Positions 36,772 to 51,636 of a stretch of DNA of 64,000 nt are shown in pieces. This stretch comes from Carcharhinus longimanus (Eukaryota), in contig JASCQW010000133.1 of assembly GCA_030264375.1 (NCBI GenBank), forward strand, positions 6,284,803 to 6,348,802, given 5' to 3'. The translations under genes were made by a program, and so were the position numbers. Under the pieces are notes generated by a model. It was not told the DNA's origin. It saw only the letters and a list, made by a program, of their open reading frames with translations, and did not search any database. How positions within the stretch are numbered: position 1 is the stretch's first letter; the number at the start of each line of letters is the position of its first letter.

Positions 36772-36990
36772 CAATAGTCCCAGATGACCATAGGCTGCTC
36801 TCCCTTTTGAGGGGGAGAGCTAACTTGTGGTGAATTTAACCTCAGGGTTTCCACATCTAAGGTGAGGGATAAGGTTGAGAAGGCAGGGCCTTCATGAATA
36901 CCGTCAGCCGGTACGAGAATTGAACTAACCTGTTGGCGTCACTTTGCATTCCAAACTAGCTGTCCAGCCAACTGAGCCAAACCAACCCCC
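36772..36990 (-). mobile_element. Short tRNA-headed SINE (second copy at about 49283-49495)
   Basis: Minus strand ggtttggctcagttggctggacagctag...gttcaattctcgtaccggc (A/B boxes); two homologous copies in the window. Confidence 0.7.
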
Positions 36991-37463
36991 AGCCGGTTTA
37001 TAGCATCGACCTCTGAGTCCTAAAGTTGTGGATTAAAACCCAGTAACAGACTTCAGCATGTTATCTAAGCTGATAAATTTTTCCACTGAGAGAGTGCTAC
37101 ATTGTTGGAAGTATTGTCCTTGGGATGGTTCTTTCTGTAAAGCTGCTATTCCAGTGCAAGTTGTTTTACAAAAAGTAAAAGCAGTCTAGCAAAAACTACT
37201 AAGTATTTATAATTAATTTGGAAAAAAACAATGTTAATTTATTTCTCATGTATGGCATGCTTCCCTTTTAGAGGGACCTGTACTGTGGAGTAAACTGATC
37301 GTCCTTTGTTTTGCCCAATAGAGGGCATGTAGGAATTGACAGCAGATAGCAAGAACAGCATTCAACATCTTTGAGTGTTCTCTATCATAGTAGTCAATTA
37401 GCTAGTTGATAAAGCAATTTGTAACTGTCACACTGGTGATGGAGACATTGATTTTATTTTCAG

Positions 37464-37622
37464 GATGAAGGATATCCGAGTGCAGACTTTCAGTGTGCAT
37501 TTTGGGTTTAAAAACAAGTTCCTTGCCAGTGACGTTGTTTATTCAGCAGCTTCTCTGCTTGAAAACATTGAAAATGACGATGAGAATGGAAACTTCATTG
37601 AAGCCTTAGACAGTCTTTCCAG
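37464..37622 (+). CDS. CDC45: CDC45 exon 13
   Basis: [52 protein letters not shown](R); tttcag/gtacag. Confidence 0.97.
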
Positions 37623-40600
37623 GTACAGCTTCTCTTTATGTTCTGTGCAGGGTCTGAGCTGCACTGCAGATATTACTGTACTAGGATGGAAAGATATTAC
37701 TGGAGTAGTTTGAAAGTAACTTAATATTCTTGTTTCTAAGCTTCGAGTTAAACATGGAATACGTTCTCTTGTTCTGAAGAAGAGCCATATTCAAGGCAAA
37801 ATGTTAACTCTGTTTCTCTCTCCACACTTGCTGCCAGGCCTGCTGAGTATTTTCAGTATTCCTGTTGTTGTGGCAGATTTTCCTGTTCGGTTCCCAGGGC
37901 TATTGTAACATCTTGGTATTGAGAAGACAAAAAACTTTTGCTGAGGTGGAGTATTTGACTGTAAGGGAACCCACATGACTTTCTGTGCATTTAAATTGAT
38001 GGACCAAAAATCAAACGTCCTGTCAGGTTGTGCACTTCCCCCAGTCTGATTTTTTTTCCCACCTTTGCTGTGCCCAGAAGATCAAATAGATCATGACACA
38101 GAAATAGGAAAAGCCACTTTGTATATCATGTTATAGTATTGATTAGTGAATTAATCCAATCTAGGGTGGCAGGCAAAAGGCAGGGAATTATAGGCCGGTT
38201 AGTTTAACGTCTGTTGTAGGTAAAATGTTAGAATCCGTCNNNNNNNNNNNNNNNNNNNNNNNNNNNNNNNNNNNNNNNNNNNNNNNNNNNNNNNNNNNNN
38301 NNNNNNNNNNNNNNNNNNNNNNNNNNNNNNNNNNNNNNNATCTTACTGAATGGCGGGGCAGGCTCAAAGGGCTAGATGGCCTACTCCTGCTCCTATTTCT
38401 TATGTTCTTATGTTCAATCTCTACTATGCTGGCTCTATCTGAAACTGATGGACATGTGCTTGGTTAATGCTTCCACCATAGGTGTGAAAGTTTGGTTTTG
38501 GCGGGTAAACATTACATTCACCTGATTTGTTGTGAGTTATGTAAGAACTTCACAATCCAGCAGCAGATGTGATTGTTACTTAAGGTGGCACAAGTGTACA
38601 TCCAGGAGTATAGGTAGGACAAACAGAAAATGTTCAGTATTGTGAAAAATATTTGGGCATGCATTTATTCTGGTTTCAATCCAAGCTAAAGCATAGGGAA
38701 AGCAACATGTCATTCATTCAGAAATATGCCCTAAGATGCTTGAATGCAACTAGACAACAATGTTTTTTTAGCTGGTAAAGGGGATGTTAGAGGCATGTTT
38801 GGTCCAAGAAAGAGGAGCATCTGAAAGGAGCAAAAATGGAGAATGTTGGGGTGCTCCAAAGTGTGAAGGCAATACAGCTGAAGACATGGTGTTTGTTGAA
38901 GTGAAAGGAGAGGATGATGAACAAGAAGCATTTATGGAAGAAATGTGAAGTTCATGGAGTTCAAAGCTGACAGACATTAAAGCGAGGAAAGGCCAGGAAG
39001 CGGTTTAAGCGCTAGGGTAAGTGTTTTAAATTGGAGGCAGTCAGGGATATCAGTTCTCTAAGGAAATCTGAAATTTAATGTAGGTCTAAAATCCTGCAAA
39101 CCTTTTCCAAATCTAATTTTCTAATAACAATTCTTCCTCTATTTAAACTTCCCATGACAGTCTCAAGAATGTAAGCAGATGTTGCTTACTAGTCATTTAG
39201 ATGTTTTGTTTGACATCAGAGGTCACTGAATCATGCTGTAATCTTTAGAGTAAGTAAGTCTGGCAGTGAGATGGTTGCATTGCAAGTTAATACAGTTGCT
39301 TTGAAATGAACTTTGAGAAGTATTTATTTTGGCCACTGATGGCCAAAAATCATAGTTCTTTGTTTTAATGGATGTGGCATCACTGGTAAGGCCAGCATTT
39401 GTTGCCTATCCCTGATTGCCATTGAACTTAGTGACTTGCTGGGCCATTTCAGTATCAGCCATATTGTTACGAGCCTGGAGTTACATATGGTCCTAATAGG
39501 CTTTTGTGAACCAGATGATGTCTACAATTGATAATAATTGTCATGGTCACCGTTACTGTGACCAGCTTGTATTCTAGATCCGCAAAAGATGGGTGAGATC
39601 CTAAATGAATATTTCTTATCAGCACTTACTGTTGAGAAAAGCATGGATGTTAGCGAACATGGGGAATAAATAGCGATAATTTGAGGAGTGTACATATTTA
39701 CAGAGAAGGAGATGCTGGAAGTCTTAAAGCGCATCATGGCAGATAAATCCTCGGGACCTGATGAAGTCTATCCCAGGACGTTGTGGGACGCTAGGGAGGA
39801 AATTGCAGGTCCCCTAGCGGAGATATTTGATTCATCGATTGTCACAAGTGAGTTGCCTGAAGCTTGGAGGTGGCAAATGTTGTGCCTTGGTTTAAAAAGG
39901 GCTGCAGGGAAAAGCCTGGGAACTACAGACCGGTGAGTCTCGCATCTGTGGTGGGTAAGTTGTTGGAGGTATTTTGAGAGACAGGATCTACAGGCATTTA
40001 AGGACAGTCAGCATGGCTTTGTGAATGGAAAATTTGACTGAGTTTTTGAAGGGATAAGAACATAAGAAATAGGAGCAGGAGTAGGCCATCTAGCCCTTTG
40101 AGCCTGCCCCGCCATTCAATAAGATCATGNNNNNNNNNNNNNNNNNNNNNNNNNNNNNNNNNNNNNNNNNNNNNNNNNNNNNNNNNNNNNNNNNNNNNNN
40201 NNNNNNNNNNNNNNNNNNNNNNNNNNNNNCACCACCAGATCAATGGGATGTGTTTTAGCAAGTTTCACCACTTCTGTGGCAAATCTCTTCCTTAAAATGG
40301 CAATGTAATTTGACGGTTCCAAACGCTCTTGCTCTTAAGGCCATTTTATTGAGCCTCTTGTACCTCCATCATTGCTAAGCAAGAGAGTAAACCACTGTTA
40401 CGTACTCAATGGTCACACAGCTTACGGGGGGAACTGGTGTATTGGAAAATTTAGCAATGGAAACACCTTTCTACGTTGTAGTGCCTTGTTTCAACCACCA
40501 GATGCTGTCCATGTTCTTGTTACCTAACCTAAAAGGCGGTGGTGGGGTGAGGACAGTGGTTCTCAATCTTTAACCAGGCTGCAGTATAAAGCCAAATGCT

Positions 40601-41526
40601 AATCTCTCATTTCAAATAAAGCTTTCTATTCCTACAGTTCTGATTATTTTTGAGTTTAGAGTCTGTTACCGTTGTGTGCCATGACAATGAGTTTGGGAAA
40701 ACAACATCTTGAAAACGGGAAGTAAATTCTGCACAAATTCTATTCAATTACAAATGGAAATGTGGGAATTGGCAGTGTTTGGATTCATTTCCTCTTCTAT
40801 TTTGTTTTGTTACTTTAAAATGCCAGTATATGTAGACATCAGTTGTAATATCCACATATGGAGTCTTCAGTGAGCCCATGTTACACGATCCAACATGAAT
40901 ACTCAGGCAGATCATATCACCATTTTTTTTCAGTATGATTATACAATTCTTTATTATTGAGCTCATGACTCACTAGAAGAACTCTGGAAAATCGCAATTT
41001 TGCTTTGATACCAAGTCTACCTTTGATCCTTGTGTGCCATGCGTACCACTGTTAAAGCAGAATGCATCAAAAGACATACAATGTGACATTAGATATATCA
41101 ACACAGTAGCCAGGAAGATGCACTTAACCCATTTCAATCGCTCTCTGTTACCACGGCAATATGCCCCACTCTACTTTTTCAATCACTTTATTCTATAATA
41201 GCCAAACCCTCAACCATCGTTGAATGACATTCCCTCATTAAATCTCTCTACCTCTCCCTTTCTTTGACACTTCTTAACTACCTCTTTGACCAAATTTCTG
41301 AGTGCCTGTTCTAATAGCTCCAATTGTCTGATATTACTTTTGTGAAGGGTCTTGGTATGATGGACATAGAGGGTGAACTGGAAAACCCACAAAAATCCAA
41401 CCCACCTCTGCTTCCCCTGCCCAAGGTTTTTTACATTTAATGTGGTGCACAGTGAGAGTCTATAAGTTGAAAATCAGAATTCATAATGGAAGTATTAACT
41501 ACCTTTTGTTACTTTTGCTTCCCTAG

Positions 41527-41665
41527 AAGTAACCTGGATAAGCTGCAACAGGGTCTGGAATTAGCCAAACAACAGCTTCGAGCCATTCACCAAACAGTAG
41601 CTAGCTGCATTTGCACCAACCTCATTATCTCGCAAGGACCTTTTCTATACTGTTACTTACAAGAG
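41527..41665 (+). CDS. CDC45: CDC45 exon 14
   Basis: [46 protein letters not shown]; ccctag/gtaagg. Confidence 0.97.
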
Positions 41666-44392
41666 GTAAGGATCAATTTGGGCCAAGCTTGAGACATTTT
41701 TAGGGAATTTGAATACTTTTACAAGGGTGCAGACTATCTGGATTGTGAACAAAGTGACCAGGGAAGTCAAATCAGATTTGGATAAACATATTTTTACAAT
41801 AGGTACAACCCCTGGGGTAGGGTTTTGCCATTTTTACAAGAAAAGCATCATGAGAAACCACGGTTTCCCACAGACCGTAAACATAATATATTAGGGGCAC
41901 TTCCTGTGCAATGGGGACCCATAAGCAGACTGGACAATAGCTTAAAGAGTTTTCTAATTTTCATTGTTTTATTCTCATTTATTTATTCAAGAATGTAGAC
42001 AACATTGACAAGACTATTTTATTTGACATCCCAAGATGCTCTGAGTGCCTGTCTGCCTCAGTACATTCCTCTCCCCCAAATTACTTCACTTTCTATATTT
42101 CCTTGTATTTAGTACCATTCCTGTATTTCTCTACTTTGTCTTGCTTTGCTGCAGTTTCTTGCATCCGACATGCCAAAGTGCTATCACTGACCTGAAAGAA
42201 CTATTTGGCTGCAATTCCAGAACATAGAAATAGTTCTGTAATTTAAATGCATATAAAAAATTTGAGTAAACCTTTATATGCAATTAATGTCCAATCTCAC
42301 TGTCTTCCATCACTTTAAAAATGAATGTCTTTCATGTCAGACCTGTACAGTTCTAATTCATTGTTTATTTGCACATTAAGGTATGAACAGAAAAGCTCAG
42401 TAACTAGACAGAAAAAATACGGAAGAGTATATTTGTAAAAATGTGTAACTAAATCGACGCCTGAAAGTTAGTTATTATTCTCCAGTAGAAGTATTCCCCT
42501 AGTAGGAGCTCCAGGCAATAACTGACCTCATTTAGGTGTTCACAATAATTTTCTCCAGACACTCTTTTGCACACACTGCCCTCAACTTGGGGCTTTATTT
42601 TGCCTGCTTCCATTATCAAACTGAAACAGTTAAACAAAAAAAGCAGCAAATGGTGCCGTTTGTCCTCTGACAAAAGCACAGCCTCTCTTTTATATCACAG
42701 AACCATCTCCTGAGTTTAAAATGCAGTAATGCATGAGGAAGACGTGGAACACTGACATTGACCACATTGCAGGGAAGATGACGCCTGCAGTTGCAGAGCA
42801 TAGGCTGTAAAAAGGATTACTCAGTCAAACTGTTGCCACCATTATAAAACCAAATGACTGGCATCATTTGTCATCGCCCAGCACATCCCTCACTCCTTGA
42901 TCAGCTTCAAGTGAACAGAGTGGAGCTGCTCAATATGAAGTGAAGAAAGAAGGCCTTGCCAGGAGTGGCACCAGGAACACATTAGAAGGCAGTATAAATG
43001 TAGTGAAGCTACTACACCTACCAAATGTCATACTAAACAGTAAAAGTTACGGAGAGAACTAAGAAGTCTTATACAAATTAATCCCAAGCAAATCATGTCC
43101 ATTTAGGAATGATAGTGGGAAAGTAAAAGAATTTGTTATCTATGTGAATGCTCCCATATTCAAATATAGTGGTAATCAGCATGTGAATGCAAAAGGGAAG
43201 GCTGAAGTGTTTGCAACTGTCTTCAACCAAAAGTGCAAAGTGCATAATCTTGGATTATTCTACATACTGGACTTGGGTATAGTTGCCCTGAAGTTCACTA
43301 TCCAGTATGGTTATGACACACTATTACTACAAGAACCTCAGCAATTCAATGGAAGACCTTGGGGCAACTAGCAATGGGCAATGGCAATAAATTTGCTGAT
43401 GACACCAAAGTTGGAGGTGTGGTAGATTGTGAGGAAGGGTGTCATAGTCTGCAGGGAGACTTAGNNNNNNNNNNNNNNNNNNNNNNNNNNNNNNNNNNNN
43501 NNNNNNNNNNNNNNNNNNNNNNNNNNNNNNNNNNNNNNNNNNNNNNNNNNNNNNNNNNNNNNNNNNNNNNNNNNNNNNNNNNNNNNNNNNNNNNNNNNNN
43601 NNNNNNNNNNNNNNNNNNNNNNNNNNNNNNNNNNNNNNNNNNNNNNNNNNNNNNNNNNNNNNNNNNNNNNNNNNNNNNNNNNNNNNNNNNNNNNNNNNNN
43701 NNNNNNNNNNNNNNNNNNNNNNNNNNNNNNNNNNNNNNNNNNNNNNNNNNNNNNNNNNNNNNNNNNNNNNNNNNNNNNNNNNNNNNNNNNNNNNNNNNNN
43801 NNNNNNNNNNNNNNNNNNNNNNNNNNNNNNNNNNNNNNNNNNNNNNNNNNNNNNNNNNNNNNNNNNNNNNNNNNNNNNNNNNNNNNNNNNNNNNNNNNNN
43901 NNNNNNNNNNNNNNNNNNNNNNNNNNNNNNNNNNNNNNNNNNNNNNNNNNNNNNNNNNNNNNNNNNNNNNNNNNNNNNNNNNNNNNNNNNNNNNATCGTG
44001 GGCCGAAGGGCCTGTTCTGCGCTGTAATGTTCTATGTTCTATAAGCTTGGTGTTGCCACTATCACTCTGAGGAATAACATTTTTTAAAGCAAGGAAAAAA
44101 GCAGACGTCAGGTCTCAACGATGTATGCTGACGTAAAGCAGACAAGAAAAGAAAACACAAACAGAAAAGGCTGTAAATACTCAACAAGTCAGGCAGATTC
44201 TGTGGAGAAAACAAACAATTAACTTTTCAAGTATGATTCCCTTTTCAGAACATATTGATTTGGCATTATAATTGTCAGCTGTTTCAATTTCCTGGACTTT
44301 CTAGCATCCTTAACCAAGGTGGTGACTTAGCTAACATGTGCAATCTAGTAATTGTGTTGTTGTTTTGAGTAATTCCTTTCCTTCATCTGCAG

Positions 44393-44476
44393 GGCACCCC
44401 AGACGTGAAGATTTATTCAAAACCCATTTGTATGAAACTTTTGTGCAAACACCTGCTGAAGTGCTTCATCCGCTCG
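44393..44476 (+). CDS. CDC45: CDC45 exon 15
   Basis: GTPDVKIYSKPICMKLLCKHLLKCFIRS; ctgcag/gtacgt. Confidence 0.96.
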
Positions 44477-46777
44477 GTACGTATGTATTCGAGGTCAAAA
44501 AGGAACTTCACTGGGACCAAGAGCTTTGTAGAAATCAGCAAGATGTGCAGGATTTTTCGAATGGGGTTTTCTGCCCCATTCTGCCATCTGAAGAGTTGGC
44601 AAGGAACTACTTCTGCCTGCACCCTTTCCCCCCAAAAATAAAACCTGAAAGCAGTCCATGCAGTTCAACCTGTTAGTTTACACAGTGTGGGCAGCCCTCT
44701 GCCACATGTAAAATAACAGCAGGGTACGATGTAGCACTTAATTGGTCACTTAGGGCTTAAATCACCACACTGAGTAGACTGGGACTATACTTATAGGAAA
44801 TTAGAAGAATGAGGGGGGATCTTATAGAACCGTATAAAATTATGAAAAGATACCGAAGATAGAAGCAGGGACATTGTTTCCACTGGGAGATGGAACTTAG
44901 AACTAGGGGGCATAGCCTCAAAATGAGTGAGAGTAGATTTGGGACTGAGTTGAGGGGGAATTTCTTCACCCATAGGCTTGTGAATTTATAGAATTCCCTG
45001 CCCAGTGAAGCAGTTGAGGCTACCTCGTTGAATGTTTTTAAGGGAAAGTTAGATTCTTGATTAATAAAGGAATTAAGGGTTATGATCAGGCAAGTAAGTG
45101 GAGCTGAGTCCACAAAAAGATCAGCCATGATCTTATTGAATGGTGGAGCAGGTTTGAGGGGCCATATGGCCTACTCCTGCTCCTAGTTCTTATGTTCTTA
45201 CATACCATGGGAGACAGGTCAGGCTGGGCAGCAGTAGGTTGGCCACATGCTTCATTTTATGAATCCCCCTCCCCAAACTCTGCCAGTGGGGGATTGTAAA
45301 ACTTTCCCTGGGTTCATTTACTGAACTATTTGCAGCTAGTTTTACACTGAACAATACATAATTGTATTGGAGCTTATTTGCTGATTCATTTTGCAAAGGA
45401 AATACTTGTGAGCCATTCAGAACTAAAGATCCCTGGTTTGTATTTCAGTTTTTGCAGTCAACTGACCTCAGTCAGATGGCAGTTGGGATTTTGCAATTGG
45501 CTTCTGTGCACCTAAACTATAGATAAAACTAAGCTATCAGTCTGGGCTTCTGATTCTAATTGCTACGCAGTAAAATATGTCACTGAGTTACTGTGTGACT
45601 TTAAAGATTAAATTGAGTTTAGTGCTGAGATAAATATTTGGGCTCCTGCATGGTGAAAAACTGCTCGTTTAGATGCTTGGTGCCAATGGTCCTAAAACCA
45701 GTCACAAGTTGGTGAATGAAAAAGGGAGGTGGAGGAACAAAGAATTAATAATATTTGCTTTGAGAATAATTTATTCACCCCTTAAATAAGAATGTGTGAA
45801 ACCCTGCACACACATTGATTTACTTGCATACCTATAGAAATACTTAACTCACTTTTAACATCCATTCATAAAATTGAAGTTATTGTTCATGCTGCTAGTT
45901 AGATCTAAAAACTGTAGTAAACTAAAAAAGTGTAAACTTCTAAATGTGTAGCAAGGATTTAAAATAAAACTTGAAGAATTGTGTATGTGTGTCCTTATTT
46001 GGGACCTTGGCATCTCTACGCTAGTACCCAAACATTCATTAGTTTGCTCTGCATGGTACCCATTATCTTTCCACTCTCATTCCATCATGTGCATTGTGCA
46101 AATAATTCTAGATATTAGTCACTACTGCTGATTGAGGCAAGGGGAAGAGTGATAAAATTGTCTCTACTTGCTGTGTCCTGTCTGTTCTACTTCCTTCATG
46201 ATCATTGCCTGCACTCCACTCCTCTTTCCTATTCTTCCCACATCCTGTCCCCTCCTCCTTTCACATCCCATTTCGTCTCCTTCGGCCTACCCCTCTCCTC
46301 TGTCCTCCTGCATCCAAATTTGTCTGCCTTCTGCCTCCCCTCTTTTTCTCTCCCCCCACCTATCTTCTTGCTCACCTCCTCCACCCTCAGATAATCCTTT
46401 GAAAGCCAGTTTGACCTAAAAACTAAACTTGCATTGGCTCCCTGCGTGCAATACTCCCCCTGTCTGCATGGGTTTCCTCCACAGTCCAAAGGTGTGCAGG
46501 TTAGATTGCTAGTGTCAGATTATCAGGGTAAATATGTGGAGTTATGGGAATAGGGACTGGGTGGGATTGTGGTCAGTGCAGACTCGATGGGTCGAATGAC
46601 CTCCTGCACTGTAGGGATTCTATGAATGCCATTAGTGATTGAGTATATGTGGGGGATGTGTGTGTGTGTGTCTCTCTGTCTACTTCTTGGCTGTTCAAAT
46701 GACTGAACAGAAGCAGATTGAATATTGAATGAGCATGGTCTGTACTATCTTCAAACTGTATTTGTTATTCCTTGCAG

Positions 46778-46896
46778 ACCAAGAACAAACGGTGTAAGGT
46801 GCTCCCATTGGTCATGGCAGCACCAATGGACCTGGAAAAAGGAACTGTGATAGTGATTGGAATCCCACCTGAAACGGAAAGCTCAGACAAGAAAAA
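46778..46896 (+). CDS. CDC45: CDC45 exon 16
   Basis: [39 protein letters not shown](N); ttgcag/gtgagt. Confidence 0.97.
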
Positions 46897-48605
46897 GTGA
46901 GTGTAATTAAGCATCATCTTAATGGTGTATAAATGGAAGCTCCAATACTTGCCCCAGTGAGGAATCCAGCAACTGCTGTGGTGTTGAGCCAGGCAAAGCC
47001 AGTAGGCTCCCTCCAGGTTTGATCTTCAATTGTACTGAATTTGCTGATCCCAGTGGTAGCAATCCTTCCCTTACAATCAGTTTTGTTTAAAAAGAGATCA
47101 AATGGAAAACTGAATTATTGTCTTCATGTTCATTCTTTTTAAATTGTTTTCTTTAGCTGGAAGAGGCTGTACTTGAGATTTGCTGGAATGGTACCAGGCT
47201 TGCGGAGCTTCAATTACATGTAGAGACTGAAGGATCTGAAGCTGTTCTCATGCGAGCAGAGATGTTCAAAAACATGAATGGTTTTGATAAGAGTAAATAA
47301 GGGGAAGCTATTCTCAGTGACAAGAATATCAGTAATCAAAGGACACAGATTTAAACTAATGAGAAAAAAAATGAAGTGAATTTGAAAGGTGGAGGGACAG
47401 ATTCAATAATGACTTTCAAAAAGGAACTGGGTAAATACTTGAAACCATTCTCCAGGGATGTGAACTAAGAAGGTAGATATTTCAAAGAGCCAGCATGAGA
47501 AATTGGGTGGAATGGCTGCGATATGATTGCATCGCTTCAGCAGTTAACAAAGGCTCTATAAAATCATAGAATCTCTACAGCACAGAAGGAGGCCATTCAG
47601 CCCATTGAACCTGCACCAACAACAATCCCACCAAGCCCCTCCCCACAACCCCACATATTTACCCTGCTAACCCCCCTGACATTAAAGGGCAATTAGCATG
47701 TCCAATTCACCTAACCTGCACATCTTTGGACTATGGAAGGAAACCAGAGCGCCCAGAGGAAACCCCATGCAGACACAGAAGGTGCAAATTCCACACAGTC
47801 ATCTGAGGCTGGAATTGAACCCAGGTCCCTAGGGTAATGCTACCACTGTGCCGCCTTGTACAACAAAGGGACCATAGGACTTGGAGTGTGAAATTAATCT
47901 AAATACTGGGAGAATGGATTCTGACACAAATGACCTGTATCAATTTTCAATCTCTGTCAGACAAGCTGTAGGAAGGTCAGCATATGAGATGAATCAATGT
48001 CTGGTGCAACTCTGAATTTAGCACAAAGTTTTACTCAGTCTTTGATTGCTGTACCTGACCTTTTGAATGCTTAGATGTTAAGTGACAAAATGGAAAGAGA
48101 ATTCAACATTAACACCTTTCGCCTTTAGTAAAAAAAAATCTTTGTATGAATTTTAAGTGGGGTTCTGACTGCAGCTGCTGTATCCATTGCAAGATTGTTG
48201 TTTGGATCAATTTTATAATTCCAAGTACGTAGAACCATAGAATCGTGACAGTGCAGAAGGAGGCCATTTGGCCTGGTGAGTCAGCACCGACTCTGCAAAA
48301 GAGCATCCCACCCCTCTGGCCTAACCCTGTGCGTTTACCCTGGCTAATCCACCTAACCTGCACATCTTTGGATAGTGGAGCAATGCATGGCACCTGGAGG
48401 AAACCCATGTAGATACAGGGAGAATGTGCAAACTTTACACACAATCTCCCAAGAATGGACTCAAACCTGGGTCCCTGGCATTGAGACAGCAGAGCTAACC
48501 TCTGTGCCAACATGCAAGTAGTGTTGTTATTTCAAATTCAGAAGCAGGGTATATAATTGCTGAAACAATGGTGGTGGAAATTTATATAAGTCACTTTTTT
48601 TCCAG

Positions 48606-48682
48606 TTTCTTTGGCAAAGCATTTGAGAAAGCAGCAGAAAGTACCAGCTCTCGGACTTTGCATGATCACTTTGACACTTCCA
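48606..48682 (+). CDS. CDC45: CDC45 exon 17
   Basis: [25 protein letters not shown]; ttccag/gtaagt. Confidence 0.97.
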
Positions 48683-49751
48683 GTAAGTAACTTTTAGATC
48701 ACTGGTGCTGTGAAATTAAGTTCAGCAATAATGCTGTTAGTGACTCATCCCAGAAGGCCAGTTTGAGGAAGAATCTTTCCTTGTTTCTCTGTGTAATTGT
48801 GATTGATTGCAGGGGGGTAACTCTTTGAAGTGTGCGTGTGTGTGTGTGTAATACGTGTCAAAGTTTTGTGCATCGCTTCAAACAATTGTTTTAGGATTTC
48901 CTTGTAATACAGTAGCAGGAAATCATTCCATACAGGAGTATTACAGGATGGACTTTCTTTGCTCCCCCACCCCCCCAGTTTGCAAAGTTGACGTCATTTT
49001 AGNNNNNNNNNNNTTTTCTTATATAAAGAATACTCTAGGTAGCTAATGTGTGGTAAATAAAGAATATACCCTGATAAATTTTCAATCCTCTAGTGTCTGA
49101 CATGAAGTCTAATATTGTGTACTTCAAGATAGCATTACTATTCAGTGGGATATCATATTTGTGAACGTGGGGACAGTGCTTGCTGAATAAACATCTCACA
49201 ACAATGAATATACATTACCAGTACAGTGGACTACACTTGCATCTTGATTACTCATGAGATTTTAAAAAAAAAAGTACAGGTGCAATAGTTCCAGGTGACC
49301 ATAAAGCTGCTCTCCCCTTTGAGGGAGAGAGCTGACTGGTGGTAATTTTAACCTGAGAATCACAACACCTCAGGCAAGGAGCAAGGTTGAGAAAGCAGGG
49401 CCTTTGTAAATAACCTTAGCTGGTAAAACCTGTGCTGTTGGTGTTGGTCTGTATCACTAACCAGCTGTCCAGCCAAATGAGCTAAACTGACCTCACCATT
49501 ACCTCATGGTGTACATCACATTCCAGCTTGATTGTATTACTACTTGGGCATATTGACTTATGCCAGTAGGGATTTGCCTTCCCACAACCTCTCCCATCCC
49601 TTTCTCTAGTCATCTGTTTGGTACTGGTTTGACTCAGTAGGATAATTGCCAGTCATGTTGGTGCAGGTATTAAGATAGTTTAAGCTGTTGCCAACTCCTG
49701 GATGCATGCCCAGTGGCAGCATTCCAATAATAAATTATCTTTTTCTTGCAG

Positions 49752-49816
49752 TAATTGAACTGAAAACTGAAGATCGTAGCAAATTTCTGGACGCATTGAT
49801 CTCTCTGTTGTCATAA
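49752..49816 (+). CDS. CDC45: CDC45 exon 18 (last coding exon)
   Basis: (I)IELKTEDRSKFLDALISLLS-TAA; exon lengths sum to 1704 nt (567 aa plus stop); donor AAG|gtgagt 3 nt after the stop. Confidence 0.97.
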
Positions 49817-51636
49817 AAGGTGAGTGCAGCTTCACTTACTGAAGCAGGAGTACCCAATGCTTCTAGTCTAACATGACAGTGATGCTTCAGAAACATATTT
49901 CATTCCATTTTACAAATCTTTGACACAAAATTAGGTAGTAAAGTAAGTTGTGAAGATGATGTCAGGAGTCCGCATAGACAAGGCTACATGAAAGCAAAAT
50001 TTTGGTAGCATTGAGAAAATGTGCACTTGTCTCATTTTGGCAGATGGAATAGAAATCAAGTGTTTTGCATTCTCTATATAAATAATAATGTGGTACTGAG
50101 GGATCTGGGTGTCCTGGTACAAAATTCAGGAAAAGTTAGTATGCAGGTACAGCTAGTGACTAGAAAGACAAATGGAACATTGTCATTTATTGCAAGGGGT
50201 GGAATATAAAAGTCAAAATGTTTTACTGCAGTTGTACAGAGCCTTGTTGAAACCACATCTTGGAGTACTGTGTACATTTTTGATCTCCTTTAAGAAAATT
50301 TCTAAATGTGTTGGAAGCAATCCAGAGAAGGCTCACTTGACTAACGGCTGGAGTTGGAGAGGTTATCTCACAATGAAAGATTGGGCAGGTTTGGGCCTGT
50401 ATTCATTGAAGTTTAGAAGAATGAGAGATGATATTGAAACACACGGACCTGAGGGGACTTGACAGGATAGATGCTGAAAGAATATTTTCCCTTTAGACTA
50501 CAACTAAGGGATACAATGTAAAAACAAAGGATGACCCCATTTAGAATGGAGATGAGAAAATGTTTTTTGAGGGTTCTGCATCTTTGGAACACTTGGAGAG
50601 CAGTGCAGGTGGGGTAAATTAATATTTTTAAGGCAGAGTGGATTGCTTCTTAACAAGGCAGTCATAAGGCTATCAGGGGTAGGAAGAAAGTGGAAGTAAG
50701 ATCACAATCAGATTGGCTGTAATCTTGTTGAATGACAGTAGGCTGAAGGAGCCAAGTAGCCTACTCCTGCTCCTAATTTGTATGTTTACAAATCTGCTGA
50801 TTTTTATAACTGAGTTGTTTATATTATGTTCACGGAAAGTTGAAATACCTTTTTGAAGTTAAATGATTTGTGAATCTGGGGACAGACTCCTGGCTATCGA
50901 CCAACTGACATCAGTCTGCCAACTATCACATCTCCTTACAATGAGGGCATCATATGACTAGCAGCTGAAATCAACTAATTTTAAACAGATTGTGATGACA
51001 GAATAACATACATGCACATGAGAGCTTCATTACCTAGGAATCCCAAGGTTGGAGAGGATGGAAAGGCAAACAGTAAAAGGTTAAGCCAATATAGTAAAAC
51101 TTTCCTGCAAGCATGATCAAAAAGAAACGTTTAAAGTATAAACAGATGCTTATAACATAGATGCTTTTTGCATTAGGTGCAGGACAAATAGCTTGTTAAA
51201 GTGTACATGCAAGCAATCTAATTCTAAAATGGCTGTTTTGACATTTTAATTACATTCATAGATCTTGTTAGTGTTTTCCCTTTACTCCAAATACATACTG
51301 AGAGATTGGTTTTATAGTCTTGTTTATCATTTGCAGCTACATGATTATTCATGAGCATTTATTTTGTGTGATAAACCTATCACTGTTTGATTTAATGCCT
51401 GGCAGTCAGAATGGAAGGTCAGAATTATGCCTAAAACTGATTTATTTTGTACTTCATCCTGAAACAGCACACTTTATTAAACTCAAACAACCTACTTGAG
51501 AAGCTTGATATTTACTTGAACAAACTAGAATGGCATTCTGAATTCCTGTTGCCCAGGCAAACATACATTTTTGTGGTATTTTAGTTCCCTATACTTGTTT
51601 AGGTTCAACTAATATTTGCTGCTTCTCATTCTTCAG

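Noticed and set aside
38340-40129. Inverted repeats flanking a 1.8-kb segment
   Set aside because: These are young CR1 3' tails at contig ends next to gaps, which is expected where assemblies break
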